64,000 nucleotides of DNA from Puniceicoccales bacterium (GTDB lineage Bacteria > Verrucomicrobiota > Verrucomicrobiia > Opitutales > LL51), in the NCBI GenBank assembly GCA_031255005.1, contig JAIRTH010000016.1, positions 5,859 to 69,858 of the forward strand. The letters run 5' to 3'. A program made the translations under genes and the position numbers. Shown piece by piece: positions 19,535-29,573 of this stretch. Under the pieces are notes generated by a model. That model was not told the origin of the DNA, searched no databases, and saw nothing but the letters and a program-made list of their open reading frames with translations. Each line of letters begins with the position of its first letter. The stretch's first letter is position 1.

Positions 19535-21058
19535 ATGAAAATAAAATATATAGTAATGTTATTGTCGTTCATGTTGATTAATGAAGCTGCACTTACCAAT
19601 ATGACTAGTGCCGCTAATATCAAAAGAAGTAGAAATACTAGAAGAGGTAAGAGAGGTAAGATTAATGCGAGAAAAGGTAGAACCAGTAAAAGGAAAACCA
19701 ATCGCGGTAATAATAGAAATAATAACAATAAATACAAAAATAAAGTCAGTAGATACAAAAGCAAAATCAGTAAATACAAAAATAAAGCTCGTAGATATAA
19801 AGATATGCTTAATGAAGACGAAGATATGTCATATGTTTCATATATCCCAAGCGATAATGCATTTAGCACATTTCCGTATTTTCCACCTACACCTATAGTT
19901 CCATCGACACCTGCAATTCCACCGGTATTAACAAGTTCATATACGCCTACGACTTCAATAAGTTTACCTACACCTGATAATCATAAGACTTCAATTAAAA
20001 AGAAGGCAAATCAGATGGAAAAAGACATAATCAGCCAAAGAGAAATTGTTCATAACGTAGTTGATGCAACTGTTATGGTATTTAATATCATTCCGAAGTA
20101 TTCAAAAATAATCTTTAGTGAATTAATGGTACATGTTTGCAAAATTATCCTTGAAGAACATAAAAATGATTCACATGAAGCATTAAAACAAAATATGCGC
20201 AATTATATTAACAAAATTAAGATTCTTGGTGATGAATTTATTATGACTTCATTAGACTTTCTTAAAAATGAAAACGTAGGAATTCTGAATTGCTTTATAA
20301 CAATGAAAGACAAACTCGAGACATCAAAAAAGAAAATAGATCATGATGATATGATTGATGGAGAATATAATTATGATAATGCGATACTAGGTATTACGAT
20401 AAGACATACCGACATTGATATTAAAACCGAATTGAGAAAAATTCAAACTAGTAAAGAGGAGATGATCAATAAGATAATAGATAATATAAATCAAATCATT
20501 GGTAGCGCAATCTCACATGATTACGACAGTAACAGCATGAATACATTGAGGAAGGCTCTTAATGATACTGAAACTTATACTACATTATATGGCACTCCAG
20601 AAGAAATAAAAAGTCACATATTTAAAGGAATAACTAATAGTTATAATAATGCCAATAGAAAGACAATGAAAGGTAGGATTAAACTGGAAATTGAAGAAAG
20701 TAAGATAAATTCAAGTATCAAAAAAATATTTACACAATACTCTAGCAATTCCCACGATGAAGACGTGCATGAAATATTAAAAAATGAAATGAATAGAATT
20801 GTCCCTGCATATAAGCAAGTTATTAATAATTTTACCCAGGGCATGGACAAAATAATGAAGGAAAGTAAAACTAAAGCTAAATATTTAGATCTTCTTGCCA
20901 TTAAAAATAATCATACAAAACAAAAACCAAATCTTCCTCTAAAAAACGAAATAAATCCGATTGCAATTGAAGATCATTCTTTAGATTCCGAAAAATCAAA
21001 TGGACAAAAGATAATAGTCGAAGAGCCTAACGAAAACCCATATCATATTTCCTTATAA
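19535..21058 (+). CDS. secreted orphan protein (507 aa): signal leader, about 70-aa polybasic tract, Pro-rich linker, helical domain
   Basis: Leader IVMLLSFMLINEAALT, then RRGKRGKINARKGRTSKRKTNRGNNRNNNNKYKNKVSRYKSKISKYKNKARRYK, then PYFPPTPIVPSTPAIPPVL. Very AT-rich by eye. Confidence 0.7.
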   Translation: MKIKYIVMLLSFMLINEAALTNMTSAANIKRSRNTRRGKRGKINARKGRTSKRKTNRGNNRNNNNKYKNKVSRYKSKISKYKNKARRYKDMLNEDEDMSYVSYIPSDNAFSTFPYFPPTPIVPSTPAIPPVLTSSYTPTTSISLPTPDNHKTSIKKKANQMEKDIISQREIVHNVVDATVMVFNIIPKYSKIIFSELMVHVCKIILEEHKNDSHEALKQNMRNYINKIKILGDEFIMTSLDFLKNENVGILNCFITMKDKLETSKKKIDHDDMIDGEYNYDNAILGITIRHTDIDIKTELRKIQTSKEEMINKIIDNINQIIGSAISHDYDSNSMNTLRKALNDTETYTTLYGTPEEIKSHIFKGITNSYNNANRKTMKGRIKLEIEESKINSSIKKIFTQYSSNSHDEDVHEILKNEMNRIVPAYKQVINNFTQGMDKIMKESKTKAKYLDLLAIKNNHTKQKPNLPLKNEINPIAIEDHSLDSEKSNGQKIIVEEPNENPYHISL

Positions 21059-21118
21059 TAGTTAAACGATAGGGTTTAGGCCTAGTAAATACCTCCGATA
21101 GTTTTATCAGAAACATCT

Positions 21119-21155
21119 AAAGCACAACGATTTCATGTCGTTGTGCTTTTAATTT
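21119..21155 (+). terminator. rho-independent terminator
   Basis: Perfect 12-bp stem aaagcacaacga / tcgttgtgcttt with 7-nt loop tttcatg, running into a T/A-rich tail. Lies 60 nt after the stop at 21058. Confidence 0.75.
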
Positions 21156-21196
21156 GAAAACTGATCTAAATGTAATTATAATTATCATCACTGATA

Positions 21197-22966
21197 ATGA
21201 AAAGACATAGATTATTTTGTGTACTATTGTGGTTTTTCTTTGCGATAATTAACATAATGCCAATTAAAATTAGCGCAAAACATCGAGGATCAAACACTTT
21301 TTGGTATAAAAAATCACAAAAAAAACGCCTTATAAATACAAAAACCGTAAAATTTAAGAAAAAACATTTAGCCACTATTCGCCGGAATAAAAAAACAAAA
21401 AAAACCAGAGAAAATATACATAAATTCTGGCGAAAAAGCCGTACCAAGCGACGTAATTTCTTAGATCAAAACTCCTATATATACCTCTACCCTATTCCAG
21501 CATATTACTCGCAACCCTCTATACCTCATATCTATACGCAACAAAACGAAACTTCAAATATCATAAACTCTCCTCATGTCGATACAGAATCTGTTGCTAG
21601 ACAAGCCCCATCGCATCAAAATCATATCCGTTATACCTATCAAAACCATGATGATTTCCATGGCAATGATAGCTTTACGCAACTGCCAGACGCTCAATAT
21701 CTTATTGATATAATGAAAGCTACATCACTAAGCCTATCATCTATCAATGATCCCTTCGCTATGATCGATGTGCTGAAAGAAAATATCGTTCAATTCGAAA
21801 ATTATTTCAATCAACTATATCACGAAAAAAAATTCCACACATTACCAGAAGATGGCAAAATAGTTTTAGCAGAACTAGCCAAAGTTAAAGAAAAATTAAT
21901 AGATATCGAGGCCTCTACCACCAAAGGTGTAAAAATAAAAAAAATCCTAAAAAATAAACCCTATAGCAACCTGATTTCTAATTTCAGCCAAAATAATTCC
22001 TTTGATATACTGGAAAATGAAATAATAAGCTCTTTCTACACTCTAGATCAGGATATTTTGCAAAGCATCATCAACAATACCAATGCTTTAATTAATGATA
22101 ATAGTATTTTTTATTTTCATCAATCCACCTCCATAGATGGCCTTCTCCATAACAATTTTTTCAAAAAAATATCCGAAGGCAAAGGAGGTCAAAATCCTAA
22201 TAATTTGGCCATGATGTCTCATCTAAGCCATTTCCTTTCCAATGCAACCAATGATATAAAGGAAAAATTACTAAAAAAAATCGCCGAATATATGAATCAT
22301 TGTATAGATCAAGCCGTTACTGGACTGCAACTTACAGGTTGTTTAGCCATAGCTTATGCCAGCACCGAAAAAGATAATAATTCCATAGAAAAAAATATCA
22401 TAGCCGTGCTGGTGGACATATACAAAAAGGAAATGCTAAATCGAATCCTTGTCAAAAGAGGCGCTGAAGAGCTAGAGGGCCTGGCCTATTTGACTGAATA
22501 CCTCGGCCATATTGTATTTCCATCCATTACAATGCCGCCATTCTCATTCACAGAATTTGGCATAGCATATATAGAAAATGAATGTGACCCTATAAAAAAT
22601 CTTGACAAAATTCTAAATAAAATAGCCGATAGCGAGGCCCTGGTGAAATTTATTCACAACGGAATTTACGATGGTGTGCCGATCGGGGAAATGCTATTCG
22701 AGGAAATAATAAAAAATGATACAAAATATCGGGAGCTAAAAAAAATCTGCGAAGGAACAGACTTCATCATTGAACCACCTAAAGATTCCGAGGGCAATTA
22801 TACAAATTTCATCAGCGATGATGCCAAAATTTATTGGATGATAACCAATGAAAATGAAGCAGATAAGTTTCAGCAAACTATATTGGAATCAAGACAAAAT
22901 ATCCTCTACAATTATAAAAAAGAGAAGACCGAGGAATTACTCAAGAAATACGGATATTTATATTAG
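21197..22966 (+). CDS. secreted orphan protein (589 aa): signal leader, polybasic tract, Tyr/Pro-rich linker, C-terminal domain with CxD motif
   Basis: Leader LFCVLLWFFFAIINIMPIKISA, then KKSQKKRLINTKTVKFKKKHLATIRRNKKTKKTRENIHKFWRKSRTKRRNF, then YIYLYPIPAYYSQPSIPHIY. HCIDQ is at residue 369. Confidence 0.7.
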   Translation: MKRHRLFCVLLWFFFAIINIMPIKISAKHRGSNTFWYKKSQKKRLINTKTVKFKKKHLATIRRNKKTKKTRENIHKFWRKSRTKRRNFLDQNSYIYLYPIPAYYSQPSIPHIYTQQNETSNIINSPHVDTESVARQAPSHQNHIRYTYQNHDDFHGNDSFTQLPDAQYLIDIMKATSLSLSSINDPFAMIDVLKENIVQFENYFNQLYHEKKFHTLPEDGKIVLAELAKVKEKLIDIEASTTKGVKIKKILKNKPYSNLISNFSQNNSFDILENEIISSFYTLDQDILQSIINNTNALINDNSIFYFHQSTSIDGLLHNNFFKKISEGKGGQNPNNLAMMSHLSHFLSNATNDIKEKLLKKIAEYMNHCIDQAVTGLQLTGCLAIAYASTEKDNNSIEKNIIAVLVDIYKKEMLNRILVKRGAEELEGLAYLTEYLGHIVFPSITMPPFSFTEFGIAYIENECDPIKNLDKILNKIADSEALVKFIHNGIYDGVPIGEMLFEEIIKNDTKYRELKKICEGTDFIIEPPKDSEGNYTNFISDDAKIYWMITNENEADKFQQTILESRQNILYNYKKEKTEELLKKYGYLY

Positions 22967-22973
22967 CATAAAT

Positions 22974-23948
22974 TCATAAATACCTAGATTTCATTTTGTT
23001 ATAAATCCAAGCATAGGTTTTTTCCAGACCAATTTTCAGAGAAACAGAGGGCTCCCAGTGTAAAAGATCTCTAATCATCTCATTATCACTATTTCGCCCT
23101 CTAACTCCTTTGGCCTCATTGGGTAAATAAATTCTCTTAAATTTCAAGCCGGCAATATCTTCAACCATGTCCACCAATTGATCGACCGCAACCAATTCGG
23201 TACTACCAAGGTTAAGTGGTTCAAGCACATTGCTTTTCATCAACCTGATCATGCCTTCAATACAATCATCTATATACATGAACGATCTAGTCTGCTTCCC
23301 ATCGCCCCAAATTTCAATGCTATCTTCGCCAGAAAGTTTAGCAGCCAAAACTTTTCTACAGATCGCAGCAGGAGCTTTCTCTCGGCCACCTTCGAAGGAA
23401 CCAAATGGGCCATAGACATTATGCAACCTAAATACCTTAGTATCAATGCCAAATTCTTCATAAAAATGGTGACACATCCTCTCACTAAACAATTTTTCCC
23501 AACCATAGCCATCCTCAGGCATGGCCGGATAGGCATCAGATTCTTTCAATCCAGGATTGGCGCAATCAGACTGTTTCGACTGGTTATAAACGCAGGCAGA
23601 TGAGGCAAAAAAATAACTTTTTACACCGTTATCTCTCGCTGCCAGAAGGAGATGTGTATTTATCAACACATTCAACATGCAATCGGCCCTGTGAGTTTCA
23701 ATAAACCCAATACCACCCATATCGGCCGCAAGATTATAAACCAAATCAACGTCACTCATGGCCGAATAGCAATTTCCTTTGTCACTCAAATCTAACACAA
23801 TGTTTTCCACATCGTCACAAATCTGATGCCATAGGTTAAGTGGTTTTATATCAATGGCTTTTAACTTTACTTCTTTTAAACTATTTAATCTTTTGACCAA
23901 ATGACCGCCAATAAAACCGCCAGCACCGGCAATCAAAACATACCCCAT
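22974..23948 (-). CDS. GDP-mannose 3,5-epimerase-like NAD-dependent epimerase (SDR)
   Basis: GAGGFIGGH Rossmann motif, NLAADMGGIGFI, ASSACVY, YGWEKL, HNVYGPFGSFEGGREKAPAAICRK, WGDGKQTRSF and GVRGRNSDN. These closely match my recollection of plant GME. Confidence 0.8.
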   Translation of the reverse strand: MGYVLIAGAGGFIGGHLVKRLNSLKEVKLKAIDIKPLNLWHQICDDVENIVLDLSDKGNCYSAMSDVDLVYNLAADMGGIGFIETHRADCMLNVLINTHLLLAARDNGVKSYFFASSACVYNQSKQSDCANPGLKESDAYPAMPEDGYGWEKLFSERMCHHFYEEFGIDTKVFRLHNVYGPFGSFEGGREKAPAAICRKVLAAKLSGEDSIEIWGDGKQTRSFMYIDDCIEGMIRLMKSNVLEPLNLGSTELVAVDQLVDMVEDIAGLKFKRIYLPNEAKGVRGRNSDNEMIRDLLHWEPSVSLKIGLEKTYAWIYNKMKSRYL

Positions 23949-23994
23949 ACCAACCTCTAATTTGCAAAAAAATGACCAAAAGTCAAATGCTGAT

Positions 23995-25134
23995 TCATGG
24001 ATTTATTTCGGAAGAAATCAACGCAACCAGTTCATTGACAGCATCTTTCTCATCTATTGAACGCTTTACACATTGCCCAGATTTGTACAAATCTATCTTA
24101 CCCGGCAATCCTCCCACATAACCGAAATCCGCATCACCCATCTCTCCAATGCCATTCACTATACACCCCATCACAGCAATTTTCAAACCAGAAAACCTTG
24201 CCGTAGCCAGCTTTATGGCACAAAGAGTTTTTGCTAAATCGAACTGCGTGCGACCGCAGGAGGGACAGGCCACGTACTCGACCATCGTTTTTCGAACACC
24301 ACAGGCCTGCAGAATTTCATAGGCAACGCCTATCTCGTCGACCGGATCACCGGTTAAAGAAACTCGCATTGTGTCACCTATCCCCTTCAACAACAACGAT
24401 CCTATTCCAATGGCGCTCTTAACTCTGGCCATAGAACCGTCACCAGCTTCGGTCACACCCACATGCATCGGAAAATCGAATCCAATTTTATTAAATCTTT
24501 GACAGGCAAGCTCATAGGTCTCAACCATCGTGGACACACAACTGGATTTGAATGAAAAAACCATATCTTGGAATCCGCGATCAATGGCCACAGTCGCAAA
24601 CTCGATGGCGCTCTCAACCAACCCCGCCGGCCCATTCCCAAAATTTTCTATTATATGGCCATCCAATGACCCTTGATTTACACCAATTCGAATGCTTTTC
24701 CCCGCATTCTTGGCCGCTATCACAAACGCACCAAAGGAGTTAGCAATATTTTCAGCTCTGTTCTTTAGCAACGAATTTCGATCCGAATGTAAAAAATTCC
24801 CAGGATTTATCCTGACCTTATCTGCATATTTCAGTGCCTCGAAGGCGATTTTTTTTGAAAAATGAACATCGGCCACCAATGGCACAATCAACCCATAGGC
24901 TTTCAATTTGCTGCGGATATCACCCAAAGCTGCACAGGAACGTGTTGACGTAACCGCAAGCCTAACTATCTCACAACCAACATGATAAAGCTTCTTTATC
25001 TGGGAAATGGAAGCCTCTATCGCTTCGGTTTTCGTATTCGTCATGGATTGAACTCTTATTGGATTATTTCCGCCAAGACCCATATTTCCCAAAAAAACCT
25101 CCCTACTCTTCCGTCGATGCATCACAGCCACCAA
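23995..25134 (-). CDS. ispG: 4-hydroxy-3-methylbut-2-enyl diphosphate synthase IspG (GcpE)
   Basis: NPIRVQSMTNT, VRINPGN, and Fe-S ligand region YVACPSCGRT and GCIVNGIGEMGDADFG. Confidence 0.93.
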   Translation of the reverse strand: MVAVMHRRKSREVFLGNMGLGGNNPIRVQSMTNTKTEAIEASISQIKKLYHVGCEIVRLAVTSTRSCAALGDIRSKLKAYGLIVPLVADVHFSKKIAFEALKYADKVRINPGNFLHSDRNSLLKNRAENIANSFGAFVIAAKNAGKSIRIGVNQGSLDGHIIENFGNGPAGLVESAIEFATVAIDRGFQDMVFSFKSSCVSTMVETYELACQRFNKIGFDFPMHVGVTEAGDGSMARVKSAIGIGSLLLKGIGDTMRVSLTGDPVDEIGVAYEILQACGVRKTMVEYVACPSCGRTQFDLAKTLCAIKLATARFSGLKIAVMGCIVNGIGEMGDADFGYVGGLPGKIDLYKSGQCVKRSIDEKDAVNELVALISSEINP

Positions 25135-25182
25135 TCAACAGATTGCATATATTATCAATACCATCCGCCTTGCCAGAAAATT

Positions 25183-25209
25183 TTGACTTTTTAACAAAAA
25201 TGCTATAGC
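25183..25209 (+). promoter_or_regulatory. putative promoter for sufCB (extended -10)
   Basis: TTGACT (25183-25188), short 15-nt spacer, TGcTATAGC (25201-25209). Ends 10 nt before the ATG at 25220. Confidence 0.3.
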
Positions 25210-25219
25210 TCATGTAAAC

Positions 25220-25963
25220 ATGGCCGCCATCGATCTTAAAAATTTAGCCGTGGAAACGCACAATAAGTTGCTAATCCATAACCTCTCAATGCTAATACCA
25301 AAGGGTGAAGTGCATGGACTCATGGGCCCCAATGGCGCCGGCAAAAGCTCGCTGGCAAAGGCCATTTCCGGCCATCCGGATTATAAAATCACCGCTGGCA
25401 ACCTTACCATCGATGGAATAAATATCATAGGCCTCAAACCAGATGAAATTGCTCGCCAAGGATTATTTTTGGCCTTTCAATATCCAGTTGAAATAGAAGG
25501 AGTTACGGTTGCAAATTTAATAAGAACATCCCTCCATTCCATGGCCATCGATAAAAAAATCAGCGTTCAGGAATTTTATAAAAACCTCTACAGCTGCATG
25601 GATAAACTCGAACTGAACCGATCGCTTTCGGCAAGGCAGCTGAACATGGGTTTTTCCGGCGGCGAAAAAAAACGCTGCGAAATCCTGCAATTGATGATGT
25701 TAAAACCAAAAGTTGCTATCCTGGATGAGCCCGACAGTGGCCTCGACATGGATGCGATAAAAATCATGACAAACGGCATTAACTCTATGAGAGATAACGA
25801 CTTCAGTGCACTTATCATAACCCATTATCCGAAACTTTTAGACAGCATAAATCCGGATAAAATCCATATCATGGCCCAGGGAAAAATAATTCATTCCGGC
25901 GATAAATCCATCCTAAAAGAGCTGGAAGCCCACGGCTATCATTGGCTGGACAAAGACGCATAA
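25220..25963 (+). CDS. sufC: Fe-S cluster assembly ATPase SufC
   Basis: Walker [13 protein letters not shown] signature FSGGEKKR, Walker [11 protein letters not shown], and the C-terminal SufC-type H-loop ITHY. Confidence 0.93.
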   Translation: MAAIDLKNLAVETHNKLLIHNLSMLIPKGEVHGLMGPNGAGKSSLAKAISGHPDYKITAGNLTIDGINIIGLKPDEIARQGLFLAFQYPVEIEGVTVANLIRTSLHSMAIDKKISVQEFYKNLYSCMDKLELNRSLSARQLNMGFSGGEKKRCEILQLMMLKPKVAILDEPDSGLDMDAIKIMTNGINSMRDNDFSALIITHYPKLLDSINPDKIHIMAQGKIIHSGDKSILKELEAHGYHWLDKDA

Positions 25964-25964
25964 G

Positions 25965-27356
25965 ATGAATATCAGCAACAATTTAGAGGAATTATCAGAC
26001 CATGGCGATTTTCACTATAATACAAGCTACGAATACGATGCTGGCCTTGGACTGTCCGAAAAAACCATAGAATACATATCTAAGACAAAATCCGAAGACG
26101 ACTGGCTGCTGGCATTCAGAAAAAAAGCCTATGAAATCTTTAAAACACTGGCCCTGCCCACAGCTCTGAAAAAAGATAATATCGACTTTAACAACATAAG
26201 ATACTATCTATCAAAAGGTAATGAATCAAAAAGATCCTGGGATGAGGTACCCACCGAAATCAAGAAAACCTTCGATCGATTGGGCATTCCTGAAAAAGAA
26301 AAAAAATATCTCGCCGGCGTCGAAGCGCAATTCGACAGCGAATCCGCCTACTCGCGAATAAAAGATACCCTGGCAAAGGACGGAGTAATATTCGTCGACT
26401 CCACCATCGGCCTGAAAAATTATCCTGAAATTTTCAAAAAATTTTTCGGCACCGTCGTCCCAGCGGCAGACAACAAATTCAGCGCGCTGAACAGTGCAGT
26501 TTTCAGCGGCGGCAGTTTTATTTACGTCCCACCTGGCGTCAAAGTCAAACAGCCGCTCCAAGCATATTTTAGAATAAATGCCAAAAACTTCGGCCAATTC
26601 GAACGCACCTTAATCGTTGTGGATGAAGGGGCTGAGTTGACATACATGGAAGGTTGTACTGCTCCGAAATTCGAAACAACAGCCCTACATGCCGCCGTCG
26701 TCGAAATAATCGCCAAAAAAAATTCCAAACTGCAATATATCACTGCACAAAATTGGTCGAATAATGTATATAACCTTGTCACTAAGAGAGGCTTAGCTTA
26801 CGAAAACGCAGAAATAAAATGGATCGATTGCAACATAGGATCCAAAAAAACCATGAAGTATCCATGCATAATTCTATCCGAAGAGCGAGCCAAAGGGGAA
26901 ATACTATCGGTGGCCATCGCGTCCCATAACCAATTGCAAGACACCGGCGCCAAGATCATACACCAAGCCAGCTCAACCACTTCAAATATTTTATCCAAAT
27001 CCATATCCATCGGCACAGGCCTGGCATCCTATAAAGGCCTTGTAAATATCTGCGAAAATGCATCAAATTGCCGCAACAATACACGCTGCGATGCCCTTCT
27101 AATAAATCAAAATAGCCGCACTGAAACCTATCCAATCATTACCGTATGCGGCGGCAGAAAGAATTACCTGCAACATGAAGCAAGCATCTCTAAAATAGAC
27201 GATGAAAAATTGTACTACCTGCAACAAAGAGGCATTCGAGAAAAGCAAGCTATCAGCCTGATAATCAATGGGTTTGTCAATGATCTCATCAATGAATTTC
27301 CACTGGAATATGGCATTGAAATCAAAAGACTGATAGAATTGGAAATCGATTCCTAA
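25965..27356 (+). CDS. sufB: Fe-S cluster assembly scaffold SufB
   Basis: Typical SufB length and motifs ([48 protein letters not shown]). No sufD or sufS follows. Confidence 0.9.
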   Translation: MNISNNLEELSDHGDFHYNTSYEYDAGLGLSEKTIEYISKTKSEDDWLLAFRKKAYEIFKTLALPTALKKDNIDFNNIRYYLSKGNESKRSWDEVPTEIKKTFDRLGIPEKEKKYLAGVEAQFDSESAYSRIKDTLAKDGVIFVDSTIGLKNYPEIFKKFFGTVVPAADNKFSALNSAVFSGGSFIYVPPGVKVKQPLQAYFRINAKNFGQFERTLIVVDEGAELTYMEGCTAPKFETTALHAAVVEIIAKKNSKLQYITAQNWSNNVYNLVTKRGLAYENAEIKWIDCNIGSKKTMKYPCIILSEERAKGEILSVAIASHNQLQDTGAKIIHQASSTTSNILSKSISIGTGLASYKGLVNICENASNCRNNTRCDALLINQNSRTETYPIITVCGGRKNYLQHEASISKIDDEKLYYLQQRGIREKQAISLIINGFVNDLINEFPLEYGIEIKRLIELEIDS

Positions 27357-27538
27357 AAATTGTCAACATAATTTCTTTAAATTTCCAAATAATAAAAATC
27401 TCCTATCATTATCATTGATAAGCCTCATAACAAAATGGGGTAAAGTGTCTGATTGAACGCCTTATAAAACAACTTCGTTTCCGCCATAGTTCTTTTTTTA
27501 ATCTTAATTTAAGCTAAAAGTGACACTATCAATGACAT

Positions 27539-29548
27539 CTAGCTCCTCGATTCAGCATCTTTGGCGCCACAATCATTGCCAGATTTTCCATCACTACTTT
27601 TCGAATTATCACCCTTTGGAAGTTCGGTTTTCTTTTTGGTCGACCTGCGATTAGACACAATTCTAGATCTGAATTCACCATGTTTAATCAACTCATAAAC
27701 CAAACGACCATCGACGGTTTCATAGCGAAGCAACGCCTCGGCAAGTTTTTTCAAGCAATCGCGTTTTTCGGTGAGAATTTTTTTAGCCCTCAAATACTCT
27801 TCATCTATTATCTTGAAAATTTCGCTATCTATTTGCTGGGCAGTCTTTTCGCTATAGTTTTGGGTCCTGGTTATCTCGCGGCCAAGGAAAATATGATCCT
27901 GATTTTCACCGTAGGCCACCGGCCCCAATGGACTCATCCCCCAATCGCAAACCATATGGCGCGCAACTTTCGTCGCTGATTTTATGTCCGCAGCGGCACC
28001 ACTGGTAATCTCAGAAAACTCCAATTCTTCAGCCACACGACCGCCCATTAAACAGCAAATTCGGCTCAATGAACTTGATCTCGAGTAATTCAAAATGTCT
28101 TTTTTTGGTATAAACATCGTACTGCCAAGGCTTTGTCCTCGAGGAATAATCGTGACCTTATGGACTGGTAAATTGCCGTCGTCAACTAGCACCTGGACAA
28201 CGGCATGGCCAGCTTCGTGATAGGCAGTGATAATCTTGTCCTTCTTGTCCATCAACTTCTTGCGTTCACGTCCAAAGGAAATTTTATCCCTGGCTTCATC
28301 CACATCGATCCGCTCAATTTCCTTCTTATCGAACCTAGCGGCCAACAATGCCGATTCATTAAGCAAATTCTCCAAATCTGCACCGGAAAAACCTGAAGTC
28401 CCCCGAGCAATTTCCGCCAAGCTGACATTTTTTGCTAACTTCACTTTCGCGGCATGCACCTTCAGAATTTCGAGACGACCATTCAAGTCTGGCAGATCTA
28501 TAACTATTTGGCGATCAAATCTTCCGGGGCGCAACAATGCCGCATCAAGCACATCGGGACGATTGGTCGCAGCAATGATTATCACCCCATCACGGCCATC
28601 GAAACCATCCATTTCAACCAATATGGAATTCAGCGTCTGTTCCCGTTCATCGTTGCCACCGCCAAGTCCCGCACCACGATGGCGCCCAACGGCATCGATC
28701 TCATCTATGAACACTATGCACGGAGCATTTTTCCTACCCTGCTCGAACATATCTCTGACCCTAGCCGCACCCACACCGACAAACATTTCGACGAAATCCG
28801 AACCACTTATGCTAAAAAATGGCACATCTGCTTCTCCGGCAATGGCTTGAGCCAATAGTGTTTTACCGGTTCCCGGCGGCCCAACCATCAAACACCCCTT
28901 CGGTATACGCCCTCCAATATCCTGGAATTTTTTCGGATTTTTTAGGAAATCAACAATTCCAGCCATCTCCTCTTTGGCCTCATCGCAACCAGCAACGTCA
29001 GCAAAAGTCTTCTTATTCTCGGACTTAACCAACAATTTAGCCTTGCTTTTGCCAAAACTCATGGCACTTTTCCCGGCGGTGCGCATTTGTCTGGCAAACA
29101 AAAGATAGAATATAAATAGCACAATCAGGAACGGTAACACACTCAGCAGTAAATCAGTAAGAAGCGTACTGCTAGGCTTTTCATGCCAATTGGACGATGA
29201 ATCTATGAGCCTATTGAATCGAGCACTGGTCAGACGACCTTGGGCTTCAAAGTCCACGAAATCAACGATTTTGCCATTGAGCAACCTGATTGGCGCCTCG
29301 GATTTTGCTTTGCCATACAATCGATACCAATGTTCGCCTTTGGAAGGATCCTGTTGTATCAAACCAAACACAATTTTACCATCTTCCGAAGCCTCCATGG
29401 CCTGATTTATGGACCATGAAACCTTCACGCTGTCATGCTGTGAGAAACTTGACCACAACGTAAATATAATGGCAATCAACAACATCCAGATTATAATGGA
29501 TCGAAATTGTGAGACCCCAAATTTTGGATTTTTCTTATTTTTGGTCAT
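27539..29548 (-). CDS. ftsH: ATP-dependent zinc metalloprotease FtsH
   Basis: N-terminal TM pair, Walker [12 protein letters not shown], Walker [30 protein letters not shown], and zinc motif HEAGHAV. Confidence 0.97.
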   Translation of the reverse strand: MTKNKKNPKFGVSQFRSIIIWMLLIAIIFTLWSSFSQHDSVKVSWSINQAMEASEDGKIVFGLIQQDPSKGEHWYRLYGKAKSEAPIRLLNGKIVDFVDFEAQGRLTSARFNRLIDSSSNWHEKPSSTLLTDLLLSVLPFLIVLFIFYLLFARQMRTAGKSAMSFGKSKAKLLVKSENKKTFADVAGCDEAKEEMAGIVDFLKNPKKFQDIGGRIPKGCLMVGPPGTGKTLLAQAIAGEADVPFFSISGSDFVEMFVGVGAARVRDMFEQGRKNAPCIVFIDEIDAVGRHRGAGLGGGNDEREQTLNSILVEMDGFDGRDGVIIIAATNRPDVLDAALLRPGRFDRQIVIDLPDLNGRLEILKVHAAKVKLAKNVSLAEIARGTSGFSGADLENLLNESALLAARFDKKEIERIDVDEARDKISFGRERKKLMDKKDKIITAYHEAGHAVVQVLVDDGNLPVHKVTIIPRGQSLGSTMFIPKKDILNYSRSSSLSRICCLMGGRVAEELEFSEITSGAAADIKSATKVARHMVCDWGMSPLGPVAYGENQDHIFLGREITRTQNYSEKTAQQIDSEIFKIIDEEYLRAKKILTEKRDCLKKLAEALLRYETVDGRLVYELIKHGEFRSRIVSNRRSTKKKTELPKGDNSKSSDGKSGNDCGAKDAESRS

Positions 29549-29573
29549 AGAGCCTATATTTAATTAACCCTCG

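Noticed and set aside
19282-19869. 195-aa Leu-rich ORF on the minus strand
   Set aside because: It is the antisense shadow of the AAA/AAG/AGA-rich polybasic coding tract of the 19535 gene (Lys/Arg codons read backwards give Leu/Phe). It also runs across tRNA-Met, so it is not credible as a gene.
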